Assembly: GCA_017552965.1 (NCBI GenBank) | Contig: JAFZNQ010000117.1 | Location: forward strand, 1,319-65,318 | Reading direction: 5' to 3' | Origin: Abditibacteriota bacterium | GTDB lineage: Bacteria; Armatimonadota; UBA5829 | Length of the DNA: 64,000 bases | In this document: positions 36,781-47,408 of the stretch, piece after piece | How the letters are laid out: each line of letters opens with the position of its first letter | How positions within the stretch are numbered: position 1 is the stretch's first letter | Notes under the pieces: generated by a model | The model's database searches: none | The model's input: the letters and a program-made list of their open reading frames with translations, nothing else | What the model was told of the DNA's origin: nothing | Program-made: the position numbers and the translations under genes

Positions 36781-37613
36781 GTATCCTTCTTTCCGGCTAT
36801 GACTGTCCTGTCAAGGCCTGCGTAGTCTTTGCCGAGCTCCGGCAGAAAGCCCTGTGAGCGGGCTATGGCGCACACCGCCTCTCCCTGGTCGCTGCCTATC
36901 TCGCAGGCTATGAAGCCTCCGGGAGCGAGATGCTCCTTTCCCCGGGTAAAGAGGACCCTGTAGGCCGCCAGCCCGTCGGGACCTCCGTCCAGAGCCAGCC
37001 GGGGCTCAAAGTCCCGGACGCAGGGCTCCAGAGTGTCTATGACGGCGGTGGGAATGTAGGGCGGATTGGATACTATGGCGTCGAACAGGCGCCCGGACAG
37101 ACCTTCGAACCAGTCGGTGAGCAGGGTCTCCGTCCTGTCTGTCAGCCCCAGCCGGGCCAGGTTCCGCCGGGCCAGGGCGAGAGCCTCCTCCGACACGTCG
37201 CAGGCAGTGATATGGCAGTCCGTCACCAGGGACGCAATGCCCGCCGCCACCGCTCCCGAGCCGGTGCCCATATCGCACACCCGGGCGCCGGCGCCCAGCC
37301 GGGCGGCGGCTCTCTCGCACAGGAGCTCTGTCTCCTGTCTGGGGATAAGGGCTCCCGGCGCCGTCAGCAGGGAGAAGTCCAAAAACTCTTTGGAGCCGGT
37401 GATGTAGGCCAGAGGCCTCCCGGCGGCTCTTTGGGACACGCAGTCGGCGTAGCGGCTCTCCTCATCGGGAGACAGCAGCTTGTCGGGGTGGACCAGCATT
37501 TCCAGCCGGCTCATGCCCGTGGCGTGGGCCAGCAGGCACTCAGCCTCGAGAGAGGGGCTGTCCAGGTGAGAGAGTCTCTCCCTGGCGTATCCGAGAGCCT
37601 GACCGCAGGTCAT
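36777..37613 (-). CDS. prmC: release factor glutamine N5-methyltransferase PrmC/HemK
   Basis: DMGTGSGAVA SAM motif and NPPY catalytic motif; start set at the internal ATG (MTCGQALGYA), which overlaps the HAD gene's stop. Confidence 0.75.
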   Translation of the reverse strand: MTCGQALGYARERLSHLDSPSLEAECLLAHATGMSRLEMLVHPDKLLSPDEESRYADCVSQRAAGRPLAYITGSKEFLDFSLLTAPGALIPRQETELLCERAAARLGAGARVCDMGTGSGAVAAGIASLVTDCHITACDVSEEALALARRNLARLGLTDRTETLLTDWFEGLSGRLFDAIVSNPPYIPTAVIDTLEPCVRDFEPRLALDGGPDGLAAYRVLFTRGKEHLAPGGFIACEIGSDQGEAVCAIARSQGFLPELGKDYAGLDRTVIAGKKDT

Positions 37614-38218
37614 GAGAGAGTGTCGATATAGCTTGTCAGCTCGTCGGCGCCGGTGAACACGTGGCCATGGATGCCGCAGGCCTCCGCTCCCTCCGTGTTC
37701 ATGGCCAGGTCGTCGGTGAACAGGCATTCCTCCGGCTGCAGGGAGTATTTGTTCAGCAGGTGCATGTATATGTCCGCGTTGGGCTTCACCATATGTATGG
37801 GGCCGGAAAACACCAGGCCGTCAAAGGTGTCCAGCAGCGAGGCTATGCGGGGGGTCTCGGGATAATGCAGGGCAAAGTCTATGCTGATGTTGGACAGGAG
37901 GAATATGCGGGCGCCCCGCTCCCTCAGTCTGCCTATGAGCGCCCGGGTGCCGGGTATCTCAGCGGCGTTGTCCCGCCAGTTGGCAAAGGACAGGACCGCC
38001 TGCTCTGCCAGCTCGCCTTCAAATCTCTTTTTCAGGGCTTCTATCACCTCGGCGTCCCTCATGGTGCCCATATCCAGCTCCTTCCAGTATTCCCGGGAGC
38101 CTACGGCAGCGGCCACTTCCTCCCTTTTGGAAGGGTCGGTGACGTAGGGGATCACCATCTTGGAGGGGTCAAACTCAAAGAGCACGTTGCCAAAATCAAA
38201 TATGAAGTTTTTTATCAC
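37610..38218 (-). CDS. HAD-superfamily hydrolase
   Basis: N-terminal FDFGNVL (DxG-like motif I), later S/T and K and DD motifs; GTG start with GGTGA RBS. Confidence 0.55.
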   Translation of the reverse strand: MIKNFIFDFGNVLFEFDPSKMVIPYVTDPSKREEVAAAVGSREYWKELDMGTMRDAEVIEALKKRFEGELAEQAVLSFANWRDNAAEIPGTRALIGRLRERGARIFLLSNISIDFALHYPETPRIASLLDTFDGLVFSGPIHMVKPNADIYMHLLNKYSLQPEECLFTDDLAMNTEGAEACGIHGHVFTGADELTSYIDTLS

Positions 38219-38309
38219 AGCTTTTCACCTTGCGCTTTAATAACATTTAGATTTTACCACATATGGCCGGATAATAAAAGCGGACCGGCCCCGGCGGCCC
38301 GGCGGGCAC

Positions 38310-38338
38310 TTGAGAAAAGCGGCAAAATAAGATATAAT
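38310..38338 (+). promoter_or_regulatory. sigma-70 promoter for serA
   Basis: TTGAGA-17 nt-TATAAT. Confidence 0.5.
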
Positions 38339-38381
38339 ATATACGGAAAACACTGTTCCGAAAACGTTTTGGGAGGGCGAT

Positions 38382-39956
38382 ATGCCAAAGGTACTTGTAA
38401 GCGACAAATTGGCAAAGGAAGGCATCGCTATACTGGAAAAGGTCAGCGATGTGGACGTGAACACCGGGCTCAGCGAGGATGAGCTGTGCGCTATCATAGG
38501 CAACTATGACGGTCTGGTCATACGCTCCGGTACCACGGTGACGGCAAAGGTATTGGAGCACGCCTCCAGACTGAAGATCATAGGCCGCGCCGGCGTGGGA
38601 GTTGACAACGTGGACGTTCCCGTTGCCAGCTCAAAGGGCATCATCGTGTGCAATTCCCCCGGAGGCAACACTCTGGCAGCCGCCGAGCTGTCTGTGGCCA
38701 TGCTGATGGCTCTGTGCCGCAACATTCCTCAGGCTGTCATATCCATGAAAAACAAGGAGTGGAAGCGCTCTCTCTACAAGGGCATCGAGCTCTACGGCAA
38801 GACCATAGCCATACTGGGTCTGGGCAAGATAGGGCAGACCGTGGCCAAGCGCTGCCAGGCCTTTCACATGAAGGTGATAGCCTACGATCCCTTCCTGCCT
38901 GCCGAAGTGGCTCAGAATATGGGCGTAGAGCTCATGGAGCTGGACGAGTGCCTGGCTCAGGCGGACTTTATCAGCCTGCACCTGCCCAAGAACAAGGACA
39001 CTCTCGGCCTCATCAACAAGGACAAGTTTGCCGTGATGAAGGACGGAGTCAAGATAGTCAACTGCGCCCGCGGCGGCATCATAGACGACAACGATCTGAT
39101 CGCTGCCCTCAAGAGCGGCAAGGTGTCCGGAGCGGCTCTGGACGTATACGTCAGCGAGCCCCCCGATTTTTCCTGCGAGCTCTTTGAGATGGACAACGTG
39201 ATCACCACTCCTCACCTGGGCGCCTCCACCGAAGAGGCTCAGGTGGGCGTAGCCGTGGACGTGGCCGAGCAGATAGCCTGCGTGTTCGGTGGAGGCACTG
39301 CCCGCAGCGCCGTGAATATGCCCTCCATCCCCGCAGACGTGATGGAAAGCATCGCTCCCTATATGGACCTGGCGGGCAAGCTGGCGGCCTTTGCCGGCGG
39401 TCTGGCCTCTCAGGCGGCGGACACTCTGGAGATAGTTTACGCCGGCAAGATAGCGGCGGCCTCCAACACCGAGTACATCAAGCGCAGCGCCATAGTGGGA
39501 CTGCTGTCCTCTGCTCTGGGCAACAGCGTGAACATGATCAACGCCAACGACGTGGCCAAAGAAAGAGGCCTGAAGATCATCGAGACCAAGAACGAGAACA
39601 GCGGCGACTATTCGTCTCTCATCACCGTCAAGGCCGGCGGGGTCGTGATCAGCGGCACCGTGTTTGACGGCTCTCTGGGCCGCATCACCGGCCTGAACGG
39701 CTACAAGCTGGACGCCTCCTGCGAGGGCATCAACCTGGTGATCATGCACAGCGACAAGCCCGGCGTCATCGGCAATATAGGCTCCGTGCTGGGCAACGCC
39801 GACATCAATATAGCCGGCATGCACGTGGGCCGCAACAGCAAGGGCTGCGAAGCCTGCATGCTGCTGACCATCGACAGCGAGGCGGATCAGGCGGCCATAG
39901 ACGCCCTGACCGCTCTGGACAGCGTGATCTCGGTAAGCCAGATCCACATCGCATAG
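38382..39956 (+). CDS. serA: D-3-phosphoglycerate dehydrogenase with C-terminal ACT domain
   Basis: 2-hydroxyacid dehydrogenase NAD motif GLGKIGQTVA, catalytic R/E/H, ASB and ACT domains; 524 aa. Confidence 0.85.
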   Translation: MPKVLVSDKLAKEGIAILEKVSDVDVNTGLSEDELCAIIGNYDGLVIRSGTTVTAKVLEHASRLKIIGRAGVGVDNVDVPVASSKGIIVCNSPGGNTLAAAELSVAMLMALCRNIPQAVISMKNKEWKRSLYKGIELYGKTIAILGLGKIGQTVAKRCQAFHMKVIAYDPFLPAEVAQNMGVELMELDECLAQADFISLHLPKNKDTLGLINKDKFAVMKDGVKIVNCARGGIIDDNDLIAALKSGKVSGAALDVYVSEPPDFSCELFEMDNVITTPHLGASTEEAQVGVAVDVAEQIACVFGGGTARSAVNMPSIPADVMESIAPYMDLAGKLAAFAGGLASQAADTLEIVYAGKIAAASNTEYIKRSAIVGLLSSALGNSVNMINANDVAKERGLKIIETKNENSGDYSSLITVKAGGVVISGTVFDGSLGRITGLNGYKLDASCEGINLVIMHSDKPGVIGNIGSVLGNADINIAGMHVGRNSKGCEACMLLTIDSEADQAAIDALTALDSVISVSQIHIA

Positions 39957-39987
39957 CGAGAGCCTGCAGGACACACCTGACAGACAG

Positions 39988-40020
39988 GCGGCAGCCCCAT
40001 GAGCGGGCTGCCGCTTTTTT
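39988..40020 (+). terminator. rho-independent terminator after serA
   Basis: gcggcagccc-catga-gcgggctgccgc followed by TTTTTT. Confidence 0.65.
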
Positions 40021-40118
40021 GCCGCGTTCCGCGCCCCCGACCCCCACAGGGACCCCCTGTCAAAAACGCCGTATGGGCGAAAATAAGGCCGTTTGCGGGC
40101 GTTTTTTGCAGAGCCTCT

Positions 40119-40147
40119 TTGACCGGGAGGGCTTTTTGTGGTATAAT
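40119..40147 (+). promoter_or_regulatory. sigma-70 promoter (extended -10) for gyrA
   Basis: TTGACC-17 nt-TGgTATAAT; a second ggtataat lies 13 nt downstream. Confidence 0.5.
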
Positions 40148-40203
40148 GGTATTGGTATAATATAATCAGAATACTAATATTTTAATTATAAGGGGTATCC
40201 ACA

Positions 40204-42804
40204 TTGAGCGACATAGCCAAGGAATTTTTCGGCGTCAACATAGTAGACGAGCTGAAGACCTCCTACATGGATTACGCCATGAGCGTCATCATATCCAGAG
40301 CCCTTCCCGACGTCCGGGACGGCCTGAAGCCGGTGCAGAGAAGAATACTCGCCGCTATGAACGACCTGAACCTCGTTCCCTCCAGCCCTCACAGAAAGTC
40401 GGCCAAGATAGCCGGCGACACCTCGGGTAACTACCATCCCCACGGCGAGGCCATCATCTATCCTACCATGGTGCGCATGGCCCAGGTGTTCAACGCCCGC
40501 TATCCGCTGATAGACGCTCAGGGAAACATGGGCTCCATAGACGGCGACCCACCCGCAGCTATGCGTTATACGGAAATGCGTATGTCCAAATACGCAGTGG
40601 AGATGCTGCAGGACCTGGACAAGGACACGGTGGAATGGGACGCCAACTATGACCAGTCCCGCAAGGAGCCTCTCATACTCCCCGCCAAGCTGCCCAACCT
40701 GCTGGCCAACGGTTCCTCCGGCATTGCCGTGGGTATGGCCACCAACATACCGCCCCACAACTTAGGGGAGCTGTGCGACGGTCTCATATACCTCATAGAC
40801 AATCCCGGCTGCGAGGTAAAGGACATCATGCAGTTCATCAAGGGCCCGGACTTCCCCACCTACGGTCTCATCAGAGGCTCCCGGGGCATCCGGCAGGCCT
40901 ACGAGACAGGCCGCGGCACCGTGGTCATGGAGGCCAAGGCGGACATAGAGGAGCTGCCCAACGGCCGGCAGGCCATCATAGTCACCGAGCTGCCCTATCA
41001 GGTGAACAAGACCGCCCTCATAGAAAAGATAGCCCGTCTGGTGAAGGACAAGCGTCTGGAGGGCATATCGGACATACCCGACTACTCCGGCCGCAACGGT
41101 ATGCGCATACAGATAGAGCTGAAAAAGGACGCCCATCCCAGACACATACTGAACTATCTCTTCAAGCACACTGAGCTGAGGAAGACCTTCGGAGTGAATA
41201 TGCTGGCCCTGGTGAACGGCGCGCCCAACATACTCAATCTGAAGCAGATCATGAGCTACTATCTGGAGCACCGTTACGACGTGGTGGTGCGCCGCACCAA
41301 ATACGAGCTGAGGCTGGCTTTGAGGCGCGCCCATATAGTGGAGGGTCTGCTCGTCGCCATAGACAACATCGACGACGTGGTGTCCATCATCCGCAACGCC
41401 TCCAGCGCCGCAGCGGCCAGAGACGAGCTGATGACCCGCTACGGGCTCACCTGGCAGCAGGCTACCGCCATTCTGGACATGCAGCTGAGACAGCTGGCCG
41501 GTCTGGAAAGAGGCAAGCTGGAAGAGGAAAATATCCGCCTGCTGAAGAACATCGCTGCCATGGAAGACCTGCTGAGCGAGGACAGCAAGATATTTGGCCT
41601 CATCAAGGACGAACTGAGGCAGGTGAAGGCCAAGGACGGAGACGAGAGACGCACCCGCATCATCGGCGAGGTGACGGAGGCCGAGGCCGACCTGATACCC
41701 AACGAGCACAACATATTCACCATCACCAAGGCCGGCTACGTAAAACGTATGGATCCGGCGGAGTTTCACGCTCAGACCAGGGGCGGCGCAGGCATCAAGG
41801 GCTTTGTCACCAAGGAGGGAGACTATCTCACCAACATATTCCTGGCCAATACCCGCAGCGTGCTGCTGTTCTTTACGGACAAGGGCAAGGTGTACAAGCT
41901 GAAGGGCTTTGACATCCCGGAGGGCTCCCGCTACGCCCAGGGGTCGGCCATCATCAACCTGATCAACATAGAGCAGGGCGAGACCGTGGTGGCCAATCTG
42001 GTGCTGGACAGCGAGGACCAGCCCGGCTTTATGGTGATGGCCACCGAAAAGGGCGAGGTGAAGCGCACCAGCATGGACAACTTCCGCCATATCAGGGCCA
42101 ACGGCCTGAAGGTATTTGAGGTGGAGGAGGGCGACACTCTCCACTGGGTGCAGGTGTCCAACGGCGATCAGGATATCATACTGGTGACCGAGAGAGGCAT
42201 GTCCATACGCTTTGCGGAGACGGACATCAGAGCCTCAGGCAGGACCTCCGGCGGCGTGAGAGGCATCAGGCTGGCCGAGGATGACAAGGTGGTGGGCATG
42301 ACTCTGTCCAGAGAAAACGGCAAGCTGTTCTGCGTCACCGAAAACGGCCTGGGCAAGAAGACCGGCCTGGACGAATACAGGATACAATACAGAGGCGGCA
42401 AGGGTATCAAGACCCTGAAGGAGACCGAAAAGACCGGCCGGGTCATCAGCGCCGTGGCCGTGAACGACGCCGACAGCCTGATAGTGGTGGCCAGCGACAG
42501 GCGGGTCATCAGATTTGAGCTGTCTGACGTGAGAGAGACCGGCAGGGCCACTCAGGGAGTGAAGGTGATCAGACAGTCCACCAAGAAGACCGAGGGCGAA
42601 GAGCCCGCAACGGTGATCTCCATAGAGAGGATACCCGGCGAAGAAGAGCTGCAGAGAGCCATAGAGGAAGCGGGCTCTCTCTACAAGGACCCCGGCGCCG
42701 GCAGCTCCGGCGACCCTGACGAAGAGGGCTTGCCGGAAGAAGAAGGCTACGAGGACGCCTCGGGAGAGGACCAAGCCGGGGACGCTTTGTCAGAGGAAGA
42801 ATGA
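40204..42804 (+). CDS. gyrA: DNA gyrase subunit A (TTG start), acidic C-terminal tail
   Basis: Type IIA topoisomerase N-terminus ([26 protein letters not shown]), active-site Tyr region, GyrA-box-like QYRGGKG in the beta-pinwheel CTD; RBS AAGGGGT 8 nt before TTG; no gyrB adjacent. Confidence 0.8.
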   Translation: MSDIAKEFFGVNIVDELKTSYMDYAMSVIISRALPDVRDGLKPVQRRILAAMNDLNLVPSSPHRKSAKIAGDTSGNYHPHGEAIIYPTMVRMAQVFNARYPLIDAQGNMGSIDGDPPAAMRYTEMRMSKYAVEMLQDLDKDTVEWDANYDQSRKEPLILPAKLPNLLANGSSGIAVGMATNIPPHNLGELCDGLIYLIDNPGCEVKDIMQFIKGPDFPTYGLIRGSRGIRQAYETGRGTVVMEAKADIEELPNGRQAIIVTELPYQVNKTALIEKIARLVKDKRLEGISDIPDYSGRNGMRIQIELKKDAHPRHILNYLFKHTELRKTFGVNMLALVNGAPNILNLKQIMSYYLEHRYDVVVRRTKYELRLALRRAHIVEGLLVAIDNIDDVVSIIRNASSAAAARDELMTRYGLTWQQATAILDMQLRQLAGLERGKLEEENIRLLKNIAAMEDLLSEDSKIFGLIKDELRQVKAKDGDERRTRIIGEVTEAEADLIPNEHNIFTITKAGYVKRMDPAEFHAQTRGGAGIKGFVTKEGDYLTNIFLANTRSVLLFFTDKGKVYKLKGFDIPEGSRYAQGSAIINLINIEQGETVVANLVLDSEDQPGFMVMATEKGEVKRTSMDNFRHIRANGLKVFEVEEGDTLHWVQVSNGDQDIILVTERGMSIRFAETDIRASGRTSGGVRGIRLAEDDKVVGMTLSRENGKLFCVTENGLGKKTGLDEYRIQYRGGKGIKTLKETEKTGRVISAVAVNDADSLIVVASDRRVIRFELSDVRETGRATQGVKVIRQSTKKTEGEEPATVISIERIPGEEELQRAIEEAGSLYKDPGAGSSGDPDEEGLPEEEGYEDASGEDQAGDALSEEE

Positions 42805-42875
42805 CCTGCGCAGCCAACCGGCGCAGCAGATAAAAAAGCGGCAGGCGCGTGAGCGCCTGCCGCCGTTTTTTCTCT

Positions 42876-44360
42876 TTACTTCCACAGTCCGGTGATCCTG
42901 ATCTCCGCTGCTCCTCTGTCCACAAAGACGCCCCAGCCTCTGGGGTCCCGGTTTTCAAAGGGCACGCTGAGCTGCAGATACAGCTTGCCGTCTATGAACG
43001 CGTCCAGTCTGTCATAGCATCTGACTATGTGCAGAGCGTAGGTCCTGCCGTATTCCACCGGGAAGCTGCGGCAGTTCACGTTGTGGTTCAGATTCACCAG
43101 CTTGTCGCAGAACACCTTCTGAACGTCGTGGTCCAGTATGATGCCCGTGTCCTCCATGGCAAAGGGGTGTCCGAAAGGCCTGAGGGTTATGCCCGCGGCG
43201 GAGCCGGAGAGCAGAGTCACCTCTGCCTCTATCTCCGAGTAGTCGTCGCAGCCGGCTATGATCTCCGCTGCCTGCCAGCCGGTCTCGGCCGAGCCCTTGT
43301 ATATATTGCCCTCCCGGGTCCAGACGCCCTCGTTGAAGACCCACGCAGGGTGGGCGCAGATGCACTTTGCGTCCAGGTCCCGCAGGTCCGCCGGGTCTCC
43401 CAGCCGGGCCTCGGGTATGTCGTAAGGGTAGGCGGGATAGAGATGCCCGGCAGCGTCTGTCTTCAGCTCGTAGGGCCGGGAGGCGGTGTCGTCCAGCCGT
43501 CCCGTGAAGCGCTGGGTGAATATCAGGTAGCGCTTGCCCCTGAACATGAGGCTCTTGCAGGAGTAGCCGCAGCCTCCGCCTATGAGCACATTGTCATCTT
43601 CCAATTGCCTGTAGGGCCCGAAGGGGTTGTCGCAGACCGCGTAGATGGTGCCGTTGGAGATATTGGGGTCGCTGTAAAAGCCTCTGTTGCCATAGCCGTG
43701 TCCCACCAGACAGGTGAGATACCAGCGGCCGTCCAGGAAAAACACGTCGTGGGCCTCCACGCAGGCCATGTTCCCGGGCACGAACACCGGGTCCTTCTGC
43801 TCCCAGGTCACCATATCCCGGCTCACCGCACAGGCTATACAGGCGGTGGAGGAGGGGGTGGAGCCCTTGATGCGGGTGACGAAATAGCCTATATAATAGT
43901 CCTCATAGGGCACCACCACCATATCCCGGCAGTCCACGCAGCCGCAGGCCTCCCGGGTGTTGATGTATCTGTCGTCCGGGAAAATGATGGGGTTGCCCTC
44001 GTATTTGGTAAATGTGTAGCCGTCGGGGCTGGTGGCCAGGCCTATCCTTTGGATGGGTTCGTCCTTGCCCCGCATGGTGTAAAACAGGTTGAACCGGTCC
44101 TTGTCATATATGCAGCAGCCGGTCCAGGGCTGTATGTTGTCGTCGGGTCTGTCCGAAGGTCCGTGGGCGTAGGGGCATTCCTCCCAGTGGATCAGGTCGC
44201 GGCTCACCGCGTGGCCCTGCCAGTCGCCGTCTGTGACGGGGCGGGGAGAGCCGGGCTCGTGAGACTGCAGATAATACATGTGCGCCACTCCGTCGCGCTC
44301 CACGCACCAGGTGTCCCACACGCTTATGCCGTCGGGCTTATAACATCGCTGTTTGCTCAT
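42876..44360 (-). CDS. glycoside hydrolase with five-bladed beta-propeller fold (GH32/GH43-like) and C-terminal beta-sandwich
   Basis: N-terminal VWDTWCVERDGVAHMYY and HWEECPY motifs resemble GH32/GH43 catalytic blades; family uncertain. Confidence 0.45.
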   Translation of the reverse strand: MSKQRCYKPDGISVWDTWCVERDGVAHMYYLQSHEPGSPRPVTDGDWQGHAVSRDLIHWEECPYAHGPSDRPDDNIQPWTGCCIYDKDRFNLFYTMRGKDEPIQRIGLATSPDGYTFTKYEGNPIIFPDDRYINTREACGCVDCRDMVVVPYEDYYIGYFVTRIKGSTPSSTACIACAVSRDMVTWEQKDPVFVPGNMACVEAHDVFFLDGRWYLTCLVGHGYGNRGFYSDPNISNGTIYAVCDNPFGPYRQLEDDNVLIGGGCGYSCKSLMFRGKRYLIFTQRFTGRLDDTASRPYELKTDAAGHLYPAYPYDIPEARLGDPADLRDLDAKCICAHPAWVFNEGVWTREGNIYKGSAETGWQAAEIIAGCDDYSEIEAEVTLLSGSAAGITLRPFGHPFAMEDTGIILDHDVQKVFCDKLVNLNHNVNCRSFPVEYGRTYALHIVRCYDRLDAFIDGKLYLQLSVPFENRDPRGWGVFVDRGAAEIRITGLWK

Positions 44361-45194
44361 AGTGAACTCCGTAAAAATGATTTCTCTACTTCTATTGTAG
44401 CAGAAAAAAACAGGGTGTGTGAATACTTTTCCTGCTCAAGGTTTTTTGTTAGGGCGGAGGACCGGGCGCCGAGCCTCGATACAGGCGCAATACCCAGAGA
44501 TCGTCCGACACCGGGACTGCTTTCTTTCCCTCGTGCTGTTCCACGGCTCTTTCAGGCAAGGGGGGCTTCCCCCCTTCGCATACCCCCCTTTTTTTTCGTG
44601 GGTACGGCGTACCCACACCCGCCCGGGGCTTTTCGAAGCGCCCCGGACCCCCCTCACGACCAGGGCTTGCTGCCCTGGACCCGTCTGCGCCTCAGGTCTG
44701 CGCTCTGCGGCGGGGCAGAAAAGAAGCTGCATTTCTGCCTTTTCCGCCTTGCGCCTGACGGCGACGCTTGCCCTTCGGCTTGAGCAGGGGCTCCGCCCCT
44801 CCCACCCCGGCTTGGTCCGTGACCCGGGCACGTTTGCTTCGATTGGGCGGTATGGTTATCTCCCAGCGAAATCGCTGATTTCGTTGGGTGATAACTCTTG
44901 TGTCATCCAGACGAAAATGGGTAAGAATATCAAACGCGACTGCGTTTGGCCATTTCCAGGGAGGCCCCCGGAGTCCTCGGGAATTTGCGCCGGAAAGACC
45001 GATTCGCGCAGGCCCCGGTCACCCGCGAGGAGGCAATTTGCAGCGGGGAAAGGCGCCTTGGGCGGGCGCGGGAGCGCCCGCCCAAGGCTAACAAAACATT
45101 GGGTGTTGCCGGTCAGTTTGTTTTTATCACTTGAATAATGTATAATGAAGTTGAATCTCACCGTTTCATGACGGCGCAAAACAAGGAGACCTGT
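44361..45194. other. about 0.8-kb GC-rich non-coding region with multiple GC hairpins, ending in copy 2 of the hairpin-CATAAT motif and a promoter for the Big_2 gene
   Basis: No credible ORF (only compositionally biased junk translations); several perfect hairpins (gggggg-cttc-cccccc, gtgggtacg-gcg-tacccac, ccggggc-ttttcgaa-gcgccccgg); partial similarity to 47409-47974. Confidence 0.5.
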
Positions 45195-47348
45195 ATGACA
45201 AGAATGTGCAAACATGCGGCGATGGCGCTGCTGATAGTATTATTATCGGCCGCCGGGCTTTTCGCGGAGACCATCACCATCAACACGGAGGCGGACCTTT
45301 TGGCTCTTCAAACGGGTGATTATGTCATCAAGGCGGGGGACACTGTGGAGTTTGCCGCCGGCAAGACCTTTGACCTCAACGGTGTTGCGGTGAAAGGCAT
45401 TGATGAAAACAACGGCACCGTAGAAGGTAACGGAGCCACGATCATCGCTCCCTTCGTCAAGTCGGACGTCACGTTCGGCGGCTTTTTCAATAGTAACAAA
45501 GGTGTCATCCGGGATCTGCATTTTGTGCTTGCCAAGGACAACGTGCCCGAAGGTCCGGAGTATTACGCCATTATCTGCTGTGATAACATGGGCGTAATAA
45601 GCGGCTGTTCCGTGGATGGAGGGGGATACGGGGTCGTTCCCGACAGCAGCTTCGGAGCCATTACCGCTTTAAACGCCGGCGAGGTGTATGACTGCCACGT
45701 GAAAAACCTGTTCGTCAGGCCCGAGAGTGACCGATCCGCCGTCGGCTTCATAACGGCGTATTCCGACGGCAGTATTTGCGCCTGTTATACCACAAACTGC
45801 ACTGCAGAAAACGCCAGATACATCGGCGGGATAGTCGGCCAGGCCAACGACGGAGAGATCAAAAGGTGCGCCGCGTGGAACATGTTTGCGCAAGCCCGGC
45901 CCGAATACGTGGGTCCGGACGGAGAAGTACTGGACGAATGGGCCAGCTCCGGCGGGATAGGAGGCATGGTGGACGCCGTCGCCATATCCGAATGCGCATC
46001 TTATCACAACACTTTCGCCGGCGACTACTGCGGAGGCCTGGTCGGGTATATGTCGCATGCCACGTTGAACAACAGCTACTCCTGTGTCAACTCCTGCCAT
46101 CCATATCACTTTGAGGGCCTTCTTCTGGGATGCGGACTGGAAGCCGAGGGCATCAACAACTATGTCTGTGAAGACGCGGACGTCATCGGCTCTGAAGAAG
46201 TCTGCGATATCGAATGGGATTTCCTTAACGCCGCCCTGTTTACCGACGGCACCCTGCTCGAGTTTCTGAGTGGCGGACAGTGGTATGAGGGCCCGGACGG
46301 GTATCCTATGCCCTTTGAATATTCGGATAACGTGCCCGTCAGAGGAGTCATTCTGGACCTCCATTCCGTGACTCTGGAGGTGGGCAAGACCAAACGCCTC
46401 ACTGCCACCGTGGCTCCCTCCGACGCCACCAATCAGGAGCTGGTGTGGTCCTCTTACGATAAGACTGTGGCCAAGGTGAGCTCCACGGGCAAGATCACGG
46501 CTGTCGGCCCCGGCTCCACCACCATCCGGGTGAAGACCAAGGACGGCGGCTTCATCGACAAATGCAAGGTAAAGGTGACGGAGGCCGTGATCCCCGTGAC
46601 CGGTGTGACTATCAGCAAGACCACTGCCAAGGTGGAGAAGGGGAAGACCCTCACCCTGAAGGCCACCATTGCGCCGGAGAACGCCACCAATCAGAACGTG
46701 ACCTGGCAGAGCTACGATACGTCCATAGCTACCGTGACCTCCGAAGGGAAGGTGAAGGGTATCGCTGCCGGCACCACCACCATCAGAGTGAAGACCAAGG
46801 ACGGCGGCTTTACCGCCAAGTGCAAGGTGACCGTGACGGTGCCCACCGTACCCGTCACCGGCGTCATCCTCAACAAGACCGTGGCCTCCGTGGCCAAGGG
46901 CAAGACCTTTACCCTGAAGGCAGTCATCACCCCCACGGACGCCACCGACCAGAGGGTGACCTGGTCAAGCTATGATACGTCTATAGCCACCGTGGACTCC
47001 GACGGCAAGGTGAAGGGCATAGCTCCCGGCACCACCACCATCAAGGTGAAGACCAAGGACGGCGGCTTTACCGCCAAGTGCAAGGTGACGGTGGTCATAC
47101 CCGTTACAGGCATCAGCCTGAACATTAACAGCGTGACCTTGAAGGCGGGCAAGACCAAGACCCTGACGGCCACGGTGAAGCCTGCGAACGCCACCGTGAC
47201 CAAGGTCATATGGACCTCCAGCAATCCGACGGTGGCTACCGTGAACTCCTCCGGCAAGATCACCGCCGTGAAGAAGGGCAAGGCCACCATTACCGCCACC
47301 ACCAAGGACGGGGGCTTTAAGGCCACCTGCGCAGTGACAGTCCAGTGA
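45195..47348 (+). CDS. secreted cell-surface protein: signal peptide, GLUG-like N-terminal domain and five C-terminal Big_2 (bacterial Ig-like) repeats
   Basis: MTRMCKHAAMALLIVLLSAAGLFA signal; GGIVGQANDGEI / GGLVGYMSHA GLUG-like motifs; five repeats of ...VTL.VGKTK.LTATV.P.DATNQ.V.W.S....VATV...GK.TAV..G.TTI.VKTKDGGF.A.C.VTV; RBS AAGGAGA. Confidence 0.65.
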   Translation: MTRMCKHAAMALLIVLLSAAGLFAETITINTEADLLALQTGDYVIKAGDTVEFAAGKTFDLNGVAVKGIDENNGTVEGNGATIIAPFVKSDVTFGGFFNSNKGVIRDLHFVLAKDNVPEGPEYYAIICCDNMGVISGCSVDGGGYGVVPDSSFGAITALNAGEVYDCHVKNLFVRPESDRSAVGFITAYSDGSICACYTTNCTAENARYIGGIVGQANDGEIKRCAAWNMFAQARPEYVGPDGEVLDEWASSGGIGGMVDAVAISECASYHNTFAGDYCGGLVGYMSHATLNNSYSCVNSCHPYHFEGLLLGCGLEAEGINNYVCEDADVIGSEEVCDIEWDFLNAALFTDGTLLEFLSGGQWYEGPDGYPMPFEYSDNVPVRGVILDLHSVTLEVGKTKRLTATVAPSDATNQELVWSSYDKTVAKVSSTGKITAVGPGSTTIRVKTKDGGFIDKCKVKVTEAVIPVTGVTISKTTAKVEKGKTLTLKATIAPENATNQNVTWQSYDTSIATVTSEGKVKGIAAGTTTIRVKTKDGGFTAKCKVTVTVPTVPVTGVILNKTVASVAKGKTFTLKAVITPTDATDQRVTWSSYDTSIATVDSDGKVKGIAPGTTTIKVKTKDGGFTAKCKVTVVIPVTGISLNINSVTLKAGKTKTLTATVKPANATVTKVIWTSSNPTVATVNSSGKITAVKKGKATITATTKDGGFKATCAVTVQ
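46330..47340 (+). repeat. five tandem in-frame repeats of about 240 bp encoding Big_2 domains
   Basis: Recurrent nucleotide blocks (accatc..gtgaagaccaaggacggcggctt..gccaagtgcaaggtgac). Confidence 0.7.
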
Positions 47349-47370
47349 CGGAAGATATATTTTGATCACT

Positions 47371-47408
47371 GCTCCCCTTCGGCAACGCCCGAAGGGGAGC
47401 CGCTTTTT
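47371..47408 (+). terminator. rho-independent terminator after the Big_2 gene
   Basis: gctccccttcgg-caacgc-ccgaaggggagc followed by cgcTTTTT. Confidence 0.65.

Noticed and set aside
44419-45138. 239-aa ORF (and overlapping minus-strand ORFs) inside the GC-rich block upstream of the Big_2 gene
   Set aside because: Translations are Arg/Pro/Gly-rich nonsense without RBS; the region is better explained as structured non-coding DNA.
45041-45194. c-di-GMP (GEMM) riboswitch upstream of the surface protein gene
   Set aside because: No GGCAAACC / GACGCAAAGCC GEMM-I core or c-di-GMP-II pseudoknot signatures could be found by eye.
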